A stretch of DNA of 63,874 bases, counting the filler, from Sphacelaria rigidula (taxonomy: Eukaryota): the NCBI GenBank assembly GCA_964200075.2. It is 9 parts of 9 records of this genome, joined end to end, with 100 filler letters (N's around TTAATTAATTAA, not from the genome) between each part and the next. Parts side by side here need not be neighbours in the genome. Positions count along the whole stretch, not along the records: positions 35,543 to 42,550 come from CAXNAA020016980.1; positions 42,651 to 49,658 come from CAXNAA020016981.1; 7 more parts are not named here. One strand, written 5' to 3'. The position numbers and the translations under genes were made by a program. Positions 36,020 through 49,452 of the stretch are shown here, one piece after another. Position 1 is the stretch's first letter; each line of letters opens with the position of its first letter. The notes under the pieces are model-generated. The model was not told the DNA's origin. It searched no databases and was given only the letters and a program-made list of their open reading frames with translations.

Positions 36020-37116
36020 GTAGTAGAAATGGGTAAGGCACAGATAAGAAGGATGGACGTGATCCTCGGATACCCGCACCTGGACACTAGAATTGAGAGA
36101 TGTATCCTGATGAACGTGATCGTACCAAAGCTGGAATATGCAGGAGAAGTATGGGAGGGGAACGTGAAGTTGGTGGAAAAGTTTAAAACAGTACAAATGG
36201 CAACAGCTCAAAAAACAGTTGGATGCTCGGACACGACGAGTAACACAGTTATGAGAGCAGAGTGTGGGAATGTACTCACTTGAAACAGAGACATGATGAC
36301 ATCGCGATGACAACATAGCGTAAAGAACATGCAGATGAAGAGATTACCAGCTGTAGTTCATGAGGCTGTAAGGAAAAAAAGTACGAAAGGGCAGGCTGGA
36401 ATAAGGTGGGATAGAGGTGTCGAGGAAGTATTGAAAAATATTGGAGGAAACCAAGACGAAATGTTGTTAATGGGTGAAGGCGCGGGGGACGAGACAAAAG
36501 TAAGAGATTTTATAGAAATAAGGGATGAAAGGAGCGCTCAGACGCAGAGTAGACGAGGAAGAACACCTGGAGATATACGGGGGTTGAGAGAGGGAAACGG
36601 GATGGGAGCATATTCGCATGGCCCAATGGACGCGGCGACAAATCTGAAACTGCGATTTCGGGTTGGGGACCTGGACCTGTCATAACGAAGAAGGAGATAC
36701 CAGTAGCGAAGAGGAGGAAGTAGATCGACAGAACTGCCCTTGTGGCAAAGCAATAGAGAGCAGAAGTCATGTAGTGACGGAATGTGAACTATAGAAGAAG
36801 GGACGGGGCGTGCTAGAGGGGGAAAGGCGGGACGTGAACGAAGATGATAGGACATCGTGTGATGCATTAGACAGTAGGGAGAAAACGATGGCTATACTAG
36901 GAGATAAATGGTGGCCACAGACGGCGGGACGGAACGGGGAGGAGGGTAACATATGTAAAAGGTTCTTGTGTAATGTATGGGAGAAGCGTAAGAGTAATGA
37001 GCGCCGGAATGTTGGAGGTATCTCAAAAAGGAGTAGGAACGATGGTCCGTCTCGAAAGGGATGCGTGGTCAATGGTCGAACGACTAAGGCAAGCAACAAA
37101 TGAGTACGCCCTCCCC
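36020..37116 (+). mobile_element. Degenerate 5'-truncated non-LTR retrotransposon (LINE ORF2 C-terminal region), family A
   Basis: Broken ORFs with post-RT LINE-like text (ILMNVIVPKLEYAGEVW...TSNTVMRAECG; LKLRFRVGDLDL; a C.C..H...EC..Y zinc-knuckle remnant). The last frame ends ...GCVVNGRTTKASNK*, followed immediately by gtacgccctcccc. Confidence 0.8.
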
Positions 37117-39937
37117 AGAGATGAACTATCTCGCAGCGGAACCTGTATTTGACCATTTGGGTAACGAACAGTGAACGACAGAAAGACAGGGGCATGGGAT
37201 GTGCTTTTTGCTTTCATAGTCCTTGCCTTTTACCTCAAACCCCTTGTGCTCTCAGTTTAGCTTCACACTACCTGTAGTGTTGTTGTCGAACACTAGGCAG
37301 ATATATCGCAGCGCGCAGCAGGCTGGTGTCTCGAGGCTGGTCACGGGTTCCCTAGGATTGTTTGATTCCTGTACATATGTCCCAAGATCCACATGTTAAT
37401 AACAACAGGCGTTTTGGCTTTTGAAAAAAAATCTGTTCTGAAATCCTAATATTTCATAGACCATCTGAGGTCATATGCGGGAAGGTCGCCGCCTGAGAGC
37501 CAACGTAGCGAACTTTCGTCCCTTTTCCTCACAGACCGGAACTGACCTCGGCCGATGCAAAGTAGGCACTCACCACAGTAGGGCCGAGCAATCACTGACT
37601 GCACTTGGATCAGGTCGCAATTCCCTGTACTTGAATAAAGCTAATTTTGATACTTTACTAAATTCGAGTGATTCAATCCCACACCGAATCAAAGTGATGA
37701 TGCTGGACATGAGGGAAACTCAATGTAATCTGACGAAATCCCTCGGTGGGCATAATCCCCGTGCACGCGGGGGATCTCTGGATGACGGAGGCGTTTTACA
37801 GTTCGTGTTCATGGGTGGAGAAATACTGAAGAGTAAAGTTTTGGCCGAAATTTTCTTGCGTCCGTAAAGGGCTATGAGGGGAGGAGGATTCTGTAGGGGG
37901 TTGTTGCCTGGCCTGCGTTTTTGAGGCCCCTTCCCTCATTGCAGGTATATCACTGAACTGAAATCCGTGATATTCCCCAAAAGGCGGTTTGGTTATACTG
38001 CGAGCACACAGAAGACAAGTCGTGCGGCGGCTAGCTAAAATCAACGCAAATACTGCATTCACGTCTAGTATTTTTCATGTCCCACATGCAATTAACACGC
38101 CACGTCCGGCCTGGGGTGATATCGTTGCGCTCGTGCATTCTCTCGTGTTGGACCATGTTTGGCCTCATCGGCAACTTATCGTCAAGCGTTGCCGGAAGGT
38201 TGTACAATTATACAGGGTGGGGTGGGCTCGTGGTTGGCGAAGCACGCGGGTAGCTCTTGACGGAGGGACCCTCTCGAAGTACTTTGTTTGGCCTTCTTGA
38301 AAATTGAGGACAAGTACCTTTAAAATAACACAGCTATTTGCGTCAACAACGAAATACTTGAGTATTATGAATGGTATTTAAATCGGCAGCTCCTATCGCA
38401 TCTGTTACCCTGCCATTTTCAGGGTACAGTAGTGCTGGCATACAGTAGTGGGCGGTCTAACTGTTTAGGGATGTTTTGGCGTTTCCCTCGTGTAATACTT
38501 TTCGATAAAACTCGAAATTGCTAGCGTCGGCAGATTTTGGTACAACAAAACAGATCATCTTCGAAACACAGTGCTTGAGTCAGTCTTAGTTGGTGTTATC
38601 GGGCGAAACGAGTAAATACTCCGTTAATCAGGAGGGTGTGATTGACCGTGAAACACATTTTTTCGGCCCTAGCGCACTGGGTAGGCATAATTTGAAAAAA
38701 GTAAAACTGTACATTTTTTACAAATATGGTCGGGACGGGATCGATCGACCAAAAATACAGAAGAGTAAGAATCTGGGCTGAAACGTGGCAGGACCCCCCG
38801 ATGACCGGTCAGCCCGTAAGTCACTCAATTCTAAGTACAGATGATTTTTTCCGCTTGGAATGTGGAGTGAATACATATATCTTGAAATCCACGATGTGGT
38901 GAGGGGTGGCAAGCGAAATGAGCCGAAGAAAATCGGCAATTACGAAAAAAATCACAAATTGCCACAAATGAGTAGTTAGACCACCCACTACTGTACCTGG
39001 AGCATGATCTTAGTTTTCCGGTGTACGTTGCGTTATTCAACTCTATAAAGCTATATGTATGTGCAGGCAGGGGTTCGTCTAACTGCATGCAGTACAACCG
39101 TAAGGTCAGTGTGCCGTCAGTCGTCACTGCCCGAAAAATCTTGACTGCTTCTGTCTGCTCAATGGCAACAAGCACGTGACGCCTGCAGTTTCTCGGCAAG
39201 TGTAAGGGGGTAGCGGGTGAAAGCTCTGTAACATCAGCTTCGCAATCATGTTCTTGAAAAAGCTGCCTTTTCCATTTTTGTGTTCTGTGATGTATTTCAT
39301 CCCCTTGCTTTCCTCGAGACGAATCCATGGTGTCGTAGCATCGAATTAAGTCACCCCTCGCTCGGCATCCGTGCGACATTTTGCTGACGGACGAGTACTT
39401 TGCTCTGTAATCTCTCGCGGTGCTGGTGGCTATTATAATGGTGGTGTTTGTCGCCTTTTGGTCACGGTAGCTTTCCCGCAGCAATTGTGTGTGTGTATGC
39501 GCGCATGGGCGCGCTTGGGGGCTGCGGCCGTATAAAATGTGTTGAGTTTGAATTTTTGTCGTGGGCGCTGAAATTGACGGACCGCCGTACAAACGTAAGT
39601 CGGGAACATTTTCGCCACACAATCTTGGGGACGGGTCTGCATGGATGAAGGTATAGGTGCATCCTCCTCTTTTTTCATGCCGGCCGGTACTTTCTTGGGT
39701 GCTTTTTGTCGTGGCCGCAGTAGTGTTCACGTCGTACGTCGTGTGGGTCGCAACCAAACACCATCAACAGCTGCATAGTGGGAGACGAAGGCTGTGCCTT
39801 CTTCAGCGTGGCCTTTGCCTCGCGTCGGACAGGCTTCGGTCCGCTTTTGACTGAACTCCAATCTGGCTCTCGTCCACCCGCCTGCCGGCCCTTCCCGCAC
39901 GCCAACCTGCGTGCCCGACGGCATACCTTGTATACAG

Positions 39938-41830
39938 GTGTGCTTTGACTGCCGAACACGGAACCCCACATGGTCGTCGGTTACGTACGGAATTTTCATC
40001 TGTTATGACTGCTCGGCGGTCCATCGGGGCATGGGTGTGCACGTGACGTTCGTGCGGAGCACGGAGCTGGACAAGTGGAAGCCATCAGAGATGGAGATCA
40101 TGAAGCGCGGCGGCAACGGCAACGCCCGCGCGTTCTTCCGCGCGCACGGGATCACCGACATGGAAAAGACGGAGCAGAAATATAATTCGCGCGCTGCCCA
40201 GATGTACCGGTCTCATCTCAAGAAGGTGGTTTTCTTGAGTTGTACGTTGGTGGTGTATGTCCGACATGTAACGGGATGATACGTCTGTGTGTTTTTTTTC
40301 TCAGTATTTTTTTGTGTGTTTGTGTGTGTTTTTTTATGTTCTGCGGTGGTGATTTGTCGTTGGAAACGGCACGCGATGGGCATGGAGTAGTCTAGAGATG
40401 TGCGTTGGCTTTTATGGCAGAGTACAGAGAAGACCTCGGATGAATTATTGTGAACTTGTGCGTGTTCTAATGAAGTATGAAACAATCAAATATCCCGGCG
40501 CGGACAGTTCCCGCTATCACATACGTGGACATGTATGAGCACTGTCGTTGCAGCCAAGTTGACGTCTTTTTTCTACGGAATTTCGTTCATGACCCCTCAG
40601 ATAATGTCGGATCCTGCCCAGGAAGCGCCGCCGTCTCCGCATGCAGACAAGGCGACGGACAGTGTGACTTGCGGTCTTGATCGCCTACTGCTCGATGCAG
40701 ACGGGGGTAGAGAAGGCTCCGGGCAAGCAAACGGGAATGGGGCGGTAGCGACAGCAGCGGCGGTAACGGCAGAAGAAACACAATCGCAGAACGCGGCGAG
40801 TTTCCTCGCCCAGACCAGCTCGGCTCCCACGAAGACCCAATCCGCTCCTAACTCGGGATCTGCTGTCTTCCCCAACGGCTCTGAGCCGGCGGCCACCGCC
40901 GCACCGCAGCCTTCGCAGGAGGCACAAGCTATAGCTGCTGCAAAAGCGGCCGCCGCCGTGTCGGCTGTGCCCCAAGAGGTTCAGGCCCGAGGTAGCTTGA
41001 TGGTGCCGGCAGAGACTGCTGCTCCCGTAGTGGCTACCCCGGCGGTAACGTTAAGCTCCAAGTCTCCCACCAAGGTGACGCTGGGCCGGAAAGCTGGACC
41101 TAAAAAAATGGGAGCGAGGAAATTGGGCGCAATGAAGCTCGGGAGTGGTGCAGGGTCGGTGAAGCTCTCCGAATTCCACGAACCTCAGGCGGCGGCGGCA
41201 CCCACGGTGGCTGCTGGACCTGCGGCGGCCGCGGCGAGCGGGGTAGATGCCGATTTGAGGCTGGCGCGTCAACTGCAGGAAGAAGAGGACGCAAGGGCGA
41301 ACGGGTCGTCTTTGCTGGCCGCTGCGACGGCGGACGTGTTCGCGCTGCCCCCCGCTCAACCGGCGAAGAATGGCATGCTTGGAGCTGGGGCGGGAGGCAT
41401 GGGTTCGATGTACAGCTCGTCCAACGACTCGACGTCGAAGTTGGGGAGTGGCGGCAGCCACTTCGGCTACGGCTACGGTAACGGTGGAAGCAATAGTTCG
41501 ACGTCGGCTTACAGCGGGGGAGGCGGAGGTGGCAGTAGTAGCGCATCCTTTGATAAGGACAAGTACAAGAACGTCAAGGGCATCGGGTCGGACATGCTGT
41601 TCGGAGCGCAAGACGACGACCCGGCGGAGCAACAGCGACGCACGATGAAAGCTCAGGAATACAGTTCCTCGGCTGCCATCAGTAGCGACATGTACTTCGA
41701 TCGAAGTGCAGGCCCTGGGATGCGAGGCGGCGACGGTGGTGGGGATGGGCTTGGGGGTATGGCGGATCAACTCAGGTACTCAGCGGCCACGGAGTTGCAA
41801 GATGTCGCGCGAGGCGTCGCGAAGCTAAAG
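39938..41830 (+). CDS. ARFGAP2: ADP-ribosylation factor GTPase-activating protein, ArfGAP2/3 (Glo3)-type, partial
   Basis: Exon 39938-40225 carries the ArfGAP zinc finger ([45 protein letters not shown]...GGN..AR.FF). Exon 40601-41830 has [10 protein letters not shown] and the repeated Glo3 motifs ([27 protein letters not shown]). First and last exons were not located. Confidence 0.92.
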
Positions 41831-42298
41831 GTATGTCCTTTTGGTGACGAGTTTTTCTGATAGCGGGGTGCACAAACCAGTGGCTGATGTTGTGGTGGTC
41901 AAGTTCAGTCCATGTATCCTTCATGTGCAGATGAATATACCGTGTTGAATTGCCGAAATGCTTGGAATACGGCCGTCAAGCTGTGCTCGCATCTTGAGAG
42001 CGTTGATTGCCAAGGATCGGTGGGTCTTAGCCGCGCGCCATTGTCACTGTAACACCGGCACGTGTTTATTCCGCTCGTACCCTGTGGATCTTCCGTGTTT
42101 ATCGCCGTATTCATACTTCACCGTCATGTAGAGGGGATACCATCGCTTTTTTTCCCTTCCTGCTTCCGGCCGAGCGCGTCGGAGGTGAAGGGGACGTGTG
42201 GGATGCGAAGCTTAGTATATGCTCAATCGTGGCNNNNNNNNNNTTTCCTTCTTCCCCCCCCGTTGGGGGGGAACCCCCCCCTTTTTTTTCCCTCCCCC

Positions 42299-42329
<31 letters not shown>

Positions 42330-42469
42330 CAAGGTACGCTTGTTGTTCATCGTGGCTTCACTGAGCAGACTGTCCATCCAGAGCAACCTTAAAATGGGAA
42401 CATTTGTGTTCTCCGAAGACGCGTTTCCTTCTCCTGTGTTACTTTGCCTGCACTTACACATCGTAAACG

Positions 42470-42502
<33 letters not shown>

Positions 42503-42550
42503 CCCCCCCCCCGTCCTCTCTTCCTATCGCCCCTCCCCCTTCCCTCCAGG

Positions 42551-42650
42551 NNNNNNNNNNNNNNNNNNNNNNNNNNNNNNNNNNNNNNNNNNNNTTAATT
42601 AATTAANNNNNNNNNNNNNNNNNNNNNNNNNNNNNNNNNNNNNNNNNNNN
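42551..42650. other. Artificial scaffold linker
   Basis: N-TTAATTAATTAA-N spacer. Confidence 0.98.
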
Positions 42651-45600
42651 CTGAAAGTGTGGGGAAAGCACTTTTTTATGCTTGAACCTCATCTCGGAGT
42701 TAAACCTCATTTCGCACAATTTGTTGTTCAGAGTTATTATAATCATGTTCCGTAGTATATGTGAGTACAGCTTCAGAGTCTAACTCCAAAAATCGGTGCG
42801 CGAATATTTGCGCTTTTGTAGGATGAAGTGAGCTCTTGAAACGTGCAAACTCGTAACTGCCTGATTTTAGTATGAAATTACATTTTTTGGGTATCTTCAA
42901 CGGTAATAATGCGATTAAAAGTGCACCAAGCTGTGTCCAACACATATGTTCCTTGAACTCCCCCGGCACGACATTTTTTTTTTCAATTACAGGCATTCTG
43001 TACCGGCTTCCGGGGTTCTTCAAACGAGCAATGCCACGGTAGGGGTGCACTTTTCAGCCCAAAACTGTTCTGAGGCTGCACATTAGGGTCCAGATAGTTG
43101 TCATCAAGAGGTTTCTACAACGAAGCCTTGGGGAAAATAGTGCACCCCTACCGTGGCATTGCTCAAACTGGGACTCCCAGAAGTCGGTGAAGAGAGAATA
43201 AACTTTTTGAATACTTGTCAGCACACCTTTTTCCGCATTTGGTGCACCCATAACTCCCGAACTGCCAAGTTTGAGGATCCCCCCCCAAACCAGCCCCGAA
43301 CCTGTCACGAAGAAAATGGACACACAGCGCATGATAGCTGGTGCCAAACTACATGAAGTGCCTCATATAGGCGACATTGGCGAGAGCGATGTCAAGCGTG
43401 AGAGTTACCAGATTTTGACTCCTCAAATATTTCACTTTTCTTGGGGGGGCTAACGCAGCATCAGTCACCGGAGCTTTTCTACGACATAGAGGAGAAATTA
43501 TCGGTGGGCTTTCTGGGTCTTAGGAGGTACCGATATCATCGGTGGAAATCCGACGAAGTCAAAACCCCACATCACCGAAATACCACCAGTTTAAGTATAA
43601 CTTCTTCTCATAGTAACCGTTTTCAAAACTGCCTTTCCCGTTAGGTTGCCGAGATATGGCGCTTACTTCGATGTAAAATATGTTGAGATTGGGTAGGCGT
43701 TGACTTGGGAACTGGTATATTTAATTTCAGAACAACGAAGGCGGGCGCTGATTGGTCGAGGTGCTTTTTCGCCCTTAGCGCCCCCACTGTGGCCTGACAA
43801 CAATCCGGCTGTCTCCCTCTTCGTTTGTTCATTGCGGTCAGTATCATATCATGCATATGTGTGCGACAATTGAGTGTGTATTAATAGCGGGTGGTATTTG
43901 TTGATGACAATATTTTGGGCGATAGCGTGAACCAACTTGGAGCCGTGCAACAGCGTGTGCGTGGCAGTCTATTCTCATGCTTTCAACCCCCTACCCTCCT
44001 CGGGACGAGTCCCTTCTACTGTTCCAAAGGGATTAACCCATCTCTGCCCCGGTACATATGCCTATTTTTGCACTTCTTTGTCGAGCGTTTTTAGATGTGT
44101 ACCCTTGCAGCCCGCCGACCTCGATCCCGGATGGTGCTACGATAGGGGTGCACAAATATTCTCTGAGGTTTCATCTGTGAGGAGCCCTCCATCTCACCCA
44201 GGAAATGGCTCAAGAAATTTGTGAGAGTACGCCACGATCACCATTGCAATGGGTTAGTCATATCCCGAATGGATTTTGACAACGAGAATGTCTTCACCCA
44301 TATTCTTGTGCAGCCTCCAACTTCAGGAGCCTCTAAAGAAGAAAGAATGGGCCCAAAAGTGTAACCCCTACCGTAGCATGACTCTCCCATGAGTTACAGT
44401 TGTCTCTCCCGGAACGCTTCGACTGCTACGAGATGGTCATTTTGAGTTCAGTATATATTCTTGTTTATATACCAGCGGAAGGGTGAGTAACGTGACTTTA
44501 TCAAGCAGATGCTACTGTAATATCAAGTCCCCAAAAGTTCCGCAGTCAAGGCGCCGACCCTTTGACCGCCAAGTTGGGTCATCTGGGTCTTCGTTTCATC
44601 TGTGAATTAAAAAATGAGGACCTTCGAACAGGTGAACCGCGTGAGGGGTTGAAGGGTTGATGGGTCTCAAATTACTTTGGGTAGGATACATATCCTGAAA
44701 AAACTGTGTTATCATGGGGGCATTTCAGAGTATCCTCTACTGCAGCTTGTACAAGGCGTATCGATGCAAAAAATGCTCGGTGTAACTGGATATGCATTGA
44801 ATACGTGGAAAACTGAGAGCTCCAGGATATACGCAAGGTACCGATAGCCGTATGAAGGATTGAGTGCCTCGGGTTTCCGCCCCCCCAAATACCCTCAGTG
44901 GTACCCGAAGCCCTGGGTACGAGTACCGAGCACACCGGTTACTCAGGGGACAATCTGCCCAAGATATTCAGGGTCTTGGCTGCCAAACGAACTACCGAAA
45001 GTACTGAGTACCTCTCAGGGTGTTCAGGTATCCGCACTCACGACAATTTCTCGACATTCCATGGCAAATACACAACAGAATGTACACCGACTACCCGAAT
45101 ACCCGGCGAGACAATTTGCGATCATCATGTGGGACAGGCACCCCTAGCATCATGTCCTCGAGTAGTTCTGAGACGTCCCTGTGCGAAAAGAAAAATGGCT
45201 ACGTATTCCTTTTTGCTCCCAGGGACGAGACCCACGTTACAGAATACACGCTTCTTGCGCTGAAAAACAAATAGCATGAAAGAAACCGGATTGGTTTTTA
45301 CGATCACACACGGCGATACGATTCTGGACGCACTTCATATTACTCTTTTCCCCTTGTACTTCTAGGCGGCAACCTCTTGCTGCCCTTTTTTGTGATATTC
45401 CGGCGCACGCGGGCATCCTCTACATACGGCCTTGTCACGCAAAGGCCGGCATCTGCCCAGCATGCTTCACCAGCTAATTTTTACAGCGAAGCTGTAGCTC
45501 CGAGGTAGGAAGCCCAACAAGTGACGGGACGCAATGCGCAGGCCACAGTCTTACCAAGGAAAAACTTCCTGCGCAGCAAGCAGCGATGCTCGTACACCAC

Positions 45601-45937
45601 CGATGACGATAAACTCACCCTCACCCCTTCCCCCCCACCCCTCCACACCACCAGCCACCTTGTCGGCAAACGGGGCACACGCAGTGTTGATTTTCGAGAA
45701 ATTGGTCATATCACCAGAACCCCACGAAGAAATAAGATACATCCCTCATGTTTTCAGTCTCCTCCGATTTCGGTACCATCATGTGTCTTGCATGATGTTC
45801 AGCATCTACCACCCCCGCCGTCAAAAACTACCTTGCATACTCGTGTGATGGGGTCGATGCAGTACTACAGGTTGACGATACTTCCAACATGTGCCCCCGT
45901 GAAATCTATGTGCAATTCTAGGCACCACAGTATCCAA

Positions 45938-48900
45938 TCACGTTTCCCCGTCTCCTTCCTCCTCCCCCTCGTTAGACACGCCTCCATGTGCATAGGCACC
46001 CTCTTCCCCGCTGTGCTCGTTCTCATTCCCCTCCCCCCCAGATTCATGCTCATGACCATCTTCATCCGGCTCAGCTTCCACTCCAAGCTCGGCTCGTAGG
46101 TCTGCGTCCGTGGACAAACTTTCTAATAGTGCCGCCATCTGCAGAATTTACGGTTGACACATTCGTGCGGCGTGGATGTAACAAAGAAATTGACAACACA
46201 CGAGGCAGAGAAAAAGACAGACAGACAAGACACACAAGACACACAAGACAGAAATGAAAAAGTATTCAGCAAGTGGATAGAGGTCGGGCCTTATAGCTGC
46301 TAACATGAATACCGCGATGGCCCCACCAGAATGAAACAGTATGTCATTTTCTGGTACGCTATTACTGCTGCTGAACATGAAAGAGAAACCGCTTTGCCCC
46401 CCATTCGCGAGCTTCGTAGATGCATCTTCAAACATTTTTTTCCGCTGCGAAAATATGCTCGGGAACCAGTACGTGCGCAGAAAAACTATTATCGCGCGAG
46501 TAACTTCTTGCATACGTGCTTGCGAGCATGTCAACGATGAAAAATCGACTTTCTTTGAAATGTTCTGCCGGCCTGCCTGCCCGCCCGCCCGTCTCTCTCT
46601 CCCCCCCCTCGTCTCCCCTTCATTTACAGTACACTCCGTCGTTTCATCAAGCCACCCCAAATTCCATATTTTTTTCAATCTCTGAGCATGAGGACGCGCC
46701 CAGTCCCCCTTCCCTCCCGGTGTTAGTTCTCATTCTACACCTTCACCCTTGCGTCAGTTTATATCTGCAGGGTTAGATCGGATTGTCACCTCTCGATCGT
46801 CGCTACCGCCGTTGTTACCTCCCGACCCTCCCTTTCGCCCCCCCGTAGACGAGCCCCGTTTTGTGTCTGCCTCCACGCCGCTCCCGCCGCCCGCACCGTC
46901 TAGTGATCGCAGTTTGTAACGCTTATTCTTTTTAGAGAGTATCGTGGAGAGGGAAAGCAGGGAATAATAGAGGGGGTGGGAGGGTGTACTCATGATTTTG
47001 GCATGCCGTAGTCACAAGACCATTGAACTCGCATCCTACAAAGCCGGGATGGAGTACGCCGGGTTTTCCCCGGGGGGGGGGGGGGGGACCCATTGTTTCG
47101 TTTCCGTTTTTGAGAAGGTGTTACTTTGGTTTTTTCACACCCTAAACAAAAACATTTTTCGTCTTTNNNNNNNNNNGTTTTGCCGAGACAGTATCCAAAC
47201 CACTTTCACCCCCCTCCCCAACAACGGGGGGAGGAGCGCCGGGGGTTTCTGCCGGGGGGGGGGGGGGGGTACTCATTTGTTGCTTGCCTGTATCGAGAAG
47301 GTGTTCATTGTGTTTCTTCCATACATTACACAAAACATTTTACATATCTTATTCCCGTCCTGTTTCGCCGTCTGTGGCCGCCTATCTCCTAGTACAGCCA
47401 TCGCTTTCTCCCTACTGTCTAGTGCATCAAACGATTCTATGCCACCTTTGTTCATGTCCCACATTTCCCCCCCTTAGGACGTCCCGTTCATCCTTGTATA
47501 CTTCACGTTCTCGCACTATGTAAGTTCTTATCTCCATTGCTTTGCCACAGGGGTGATTCTGAACATCTACGTCCTCCTCCTCCCGACTTCTGGTACATCT
47601 CTTTTCTCTTTTTGGAGGGTCCAGATCCCCGACCCGAAATCGCAGTTACAATTTTTCGCCGTGTCCATTGATCGCCGGGGGGGGGGGGGGGGGGCACGCA
47701 GCAACAAGGGAGGGGGGNNNNNNNNNNCCCGACCCCCCCCATATTCCGCTTTTTTCTTTTTTGTGCTGGTGGCCAGGGGGGGGGGGGGGGGGGGGGGGGG
47801 GACACACACTCACAAGCGAGAGTGCGATATTGGTTACGCGTACTTATTTTGAGGTAAGAGATACGATGTTCAACTATGCAGAAAAGGGTATAAATTGTGT
47901 TGATACAGATGGATGGCGAGTAGGCACGATTGGGGTGAGTCAAGGAGGAAAATGAAAACAAAAAAAAAACACAGAGCGCTCGACAGCACCCCGTCAGAGA
48001 TAGACGACACACTCAAAAAACACGAGCGTACCCGGCCAGTAGTTCCGCTTGCGGCAATTCGAAGGTCATGCCAACATTGATTAGGACTTCACTAGAATCG
48101 TACGGTGTGACTACAAGCTGCGGTCGAGGGAAGGTGTTCCTCCCGAAAACAGGTCGCTATCATAGCCCTATCGCCGAAGGATCTCCAATTTTTTTATTCA
48201 ATATTTTCTTTATTTATTATCCGTTTGTTTGTCGCACTTTAAACCACTCCCTTTCCTCGGGATGAGTCCGTGATCTCAGGGGATCAACCTATCTCTCCCC
48301 CGATACACGCCTTGTATTTTGGTCTCGCGGATTGGTTCAGCACTCCCGCACCACGTCAACTCACGTCGAACAAACTCAGGAGGCTACTTTTTATCACCCA
48401 CGTTCTCACGCTTCCCACGCTTCCCACGGTAGAAATCAGACATTACGAGGAAAAAGCCCAACGCATCGGAAATCAAACCCTTGTTCTCTCCACCTTAATG
48501 GCGACAGTCGGACTACTACACCACCGGGGTGCGGCGGCCAAAGCGAGGCGTATTCATTTCTCTTGATATTTAAAGCAAGGACTGGCCGTGAAACGGTGGG
48601 GTAGGCAGCGGAGAGAGCTCGTACAGAGTTTCTTCCGGGTTCTTACGGTGGCTCTATTCTCATGAGGTTTTTCTACCGGAGGACCCCGTTTCGTAGGGCA
48701 CCAGAGATTCGTCTCTAAAGCTGTCAGGATTTCGGGACCACCACTATAACTCATGTCGCTGGCGGATCAGTTCCCTTGACGTACCACTCTCTGGCTTACA
48801 TGTATACAGGTGTCCATTATGCTCATACATACATAAATGCCGTGGCTGGCTCCCTCAGTTATCATCCGTTTCGTGAGTGTACCGTGCTAGTACTACGAGT

Positions 48901-49044
48901 CTACGTCTTGAACGGCAACTCATCACAACTTCACCAAACGGGGCTTGCCTACAAGCTGCAAAATCTGGACACCAACATAACCAATAACGTAACAACGACG
49001 ACGACGACAATGACGACAACGACGACAACAACCCTAACAACCCT

Positions 49045-49076
<32 letters not shown>

Positions 49077-49317
49077 CGGTAAGAAAAAAAATGAAGCGTC
49101 TACGATTATCGATCGTTCACACACACGCGTAATATGAAAAAAGCAAGACAAACAGCGAAAAAAAATCAACCAGCACGGAACCGCGTGCAGTTTATCTTCT
49201 TCAACTGAACTCACCTTCGTTCGAGAGGTCTTCGGCGGAGGAGCTCTCTTGACAAGCACGACATCGGGCAGGTCCCCCGACAGTGGCTTCAACAGCGCGT
49301 CATTGAAGTTTTTCCCT
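45938..49317 (-). CDS. NMD3: 60S ribosomal export protein NMD3, C-terminal exons (partial)
   Basis: Exons ~49317-49215 (GKNFNDALLKPLSGDLPDVVLVKRAPPPKTSRTK), 46927-46790 (NKRYKLRSLDG...DDRE) and 46138-45938 (MAALLESLSTDADLRAELGV...acidic tail*). Matches the NMD3 C-terminal pattern N.ND...PDVVLVK...(W/Y)KL+.L...L..L..D..(I/L)R. Confidence 0.72.
46971..47700 (-). mobile_element. Stack of C-tailed retroposon ends (family B plus two family A copies), in NMD3 intron
   Basis: On + strand: G run, family B (46985-47072), G run, degenerate family A (~47088-47165), G run, then family A (47270-~47670, reverse-homologous to 36620-37105). Contains small N gaps. Confidence 0.75.
48640..48835. repeat. Unclassified interspersed repeat
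   Basis: Similar to 61650-61835 (gtggctctatt...tttctaccgga.gaccccgtt...tacatgt.ta..ggtgt.catta.gctc.tacat). Confidence 0.55.
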
Positions 49318-49452
49318 CTTTCGTTTTTTTGTCGTGTTCCATTTTTGTGGTGCATATCGGTGCAGGACAATGGGAACCAACCATGTTGCAAGCGTTCGGG
49401 TATTTCCGACCAAGAAACGAGAGGACACCAACGGGCACAAACATCGCGCGCA

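Noticed and set aside
38831-39757. 308-aa minus-strand ORF
   Set aside because: No recognisable motif. It crosses a TG microsatellite and intron-like sequence upstream of the ArfGAP exon.
41051-41770. 239-aa and 148-aa minus-strand ORFs
   Set aside because: Antisense shadows of the GC-rich ArfGAP exon.
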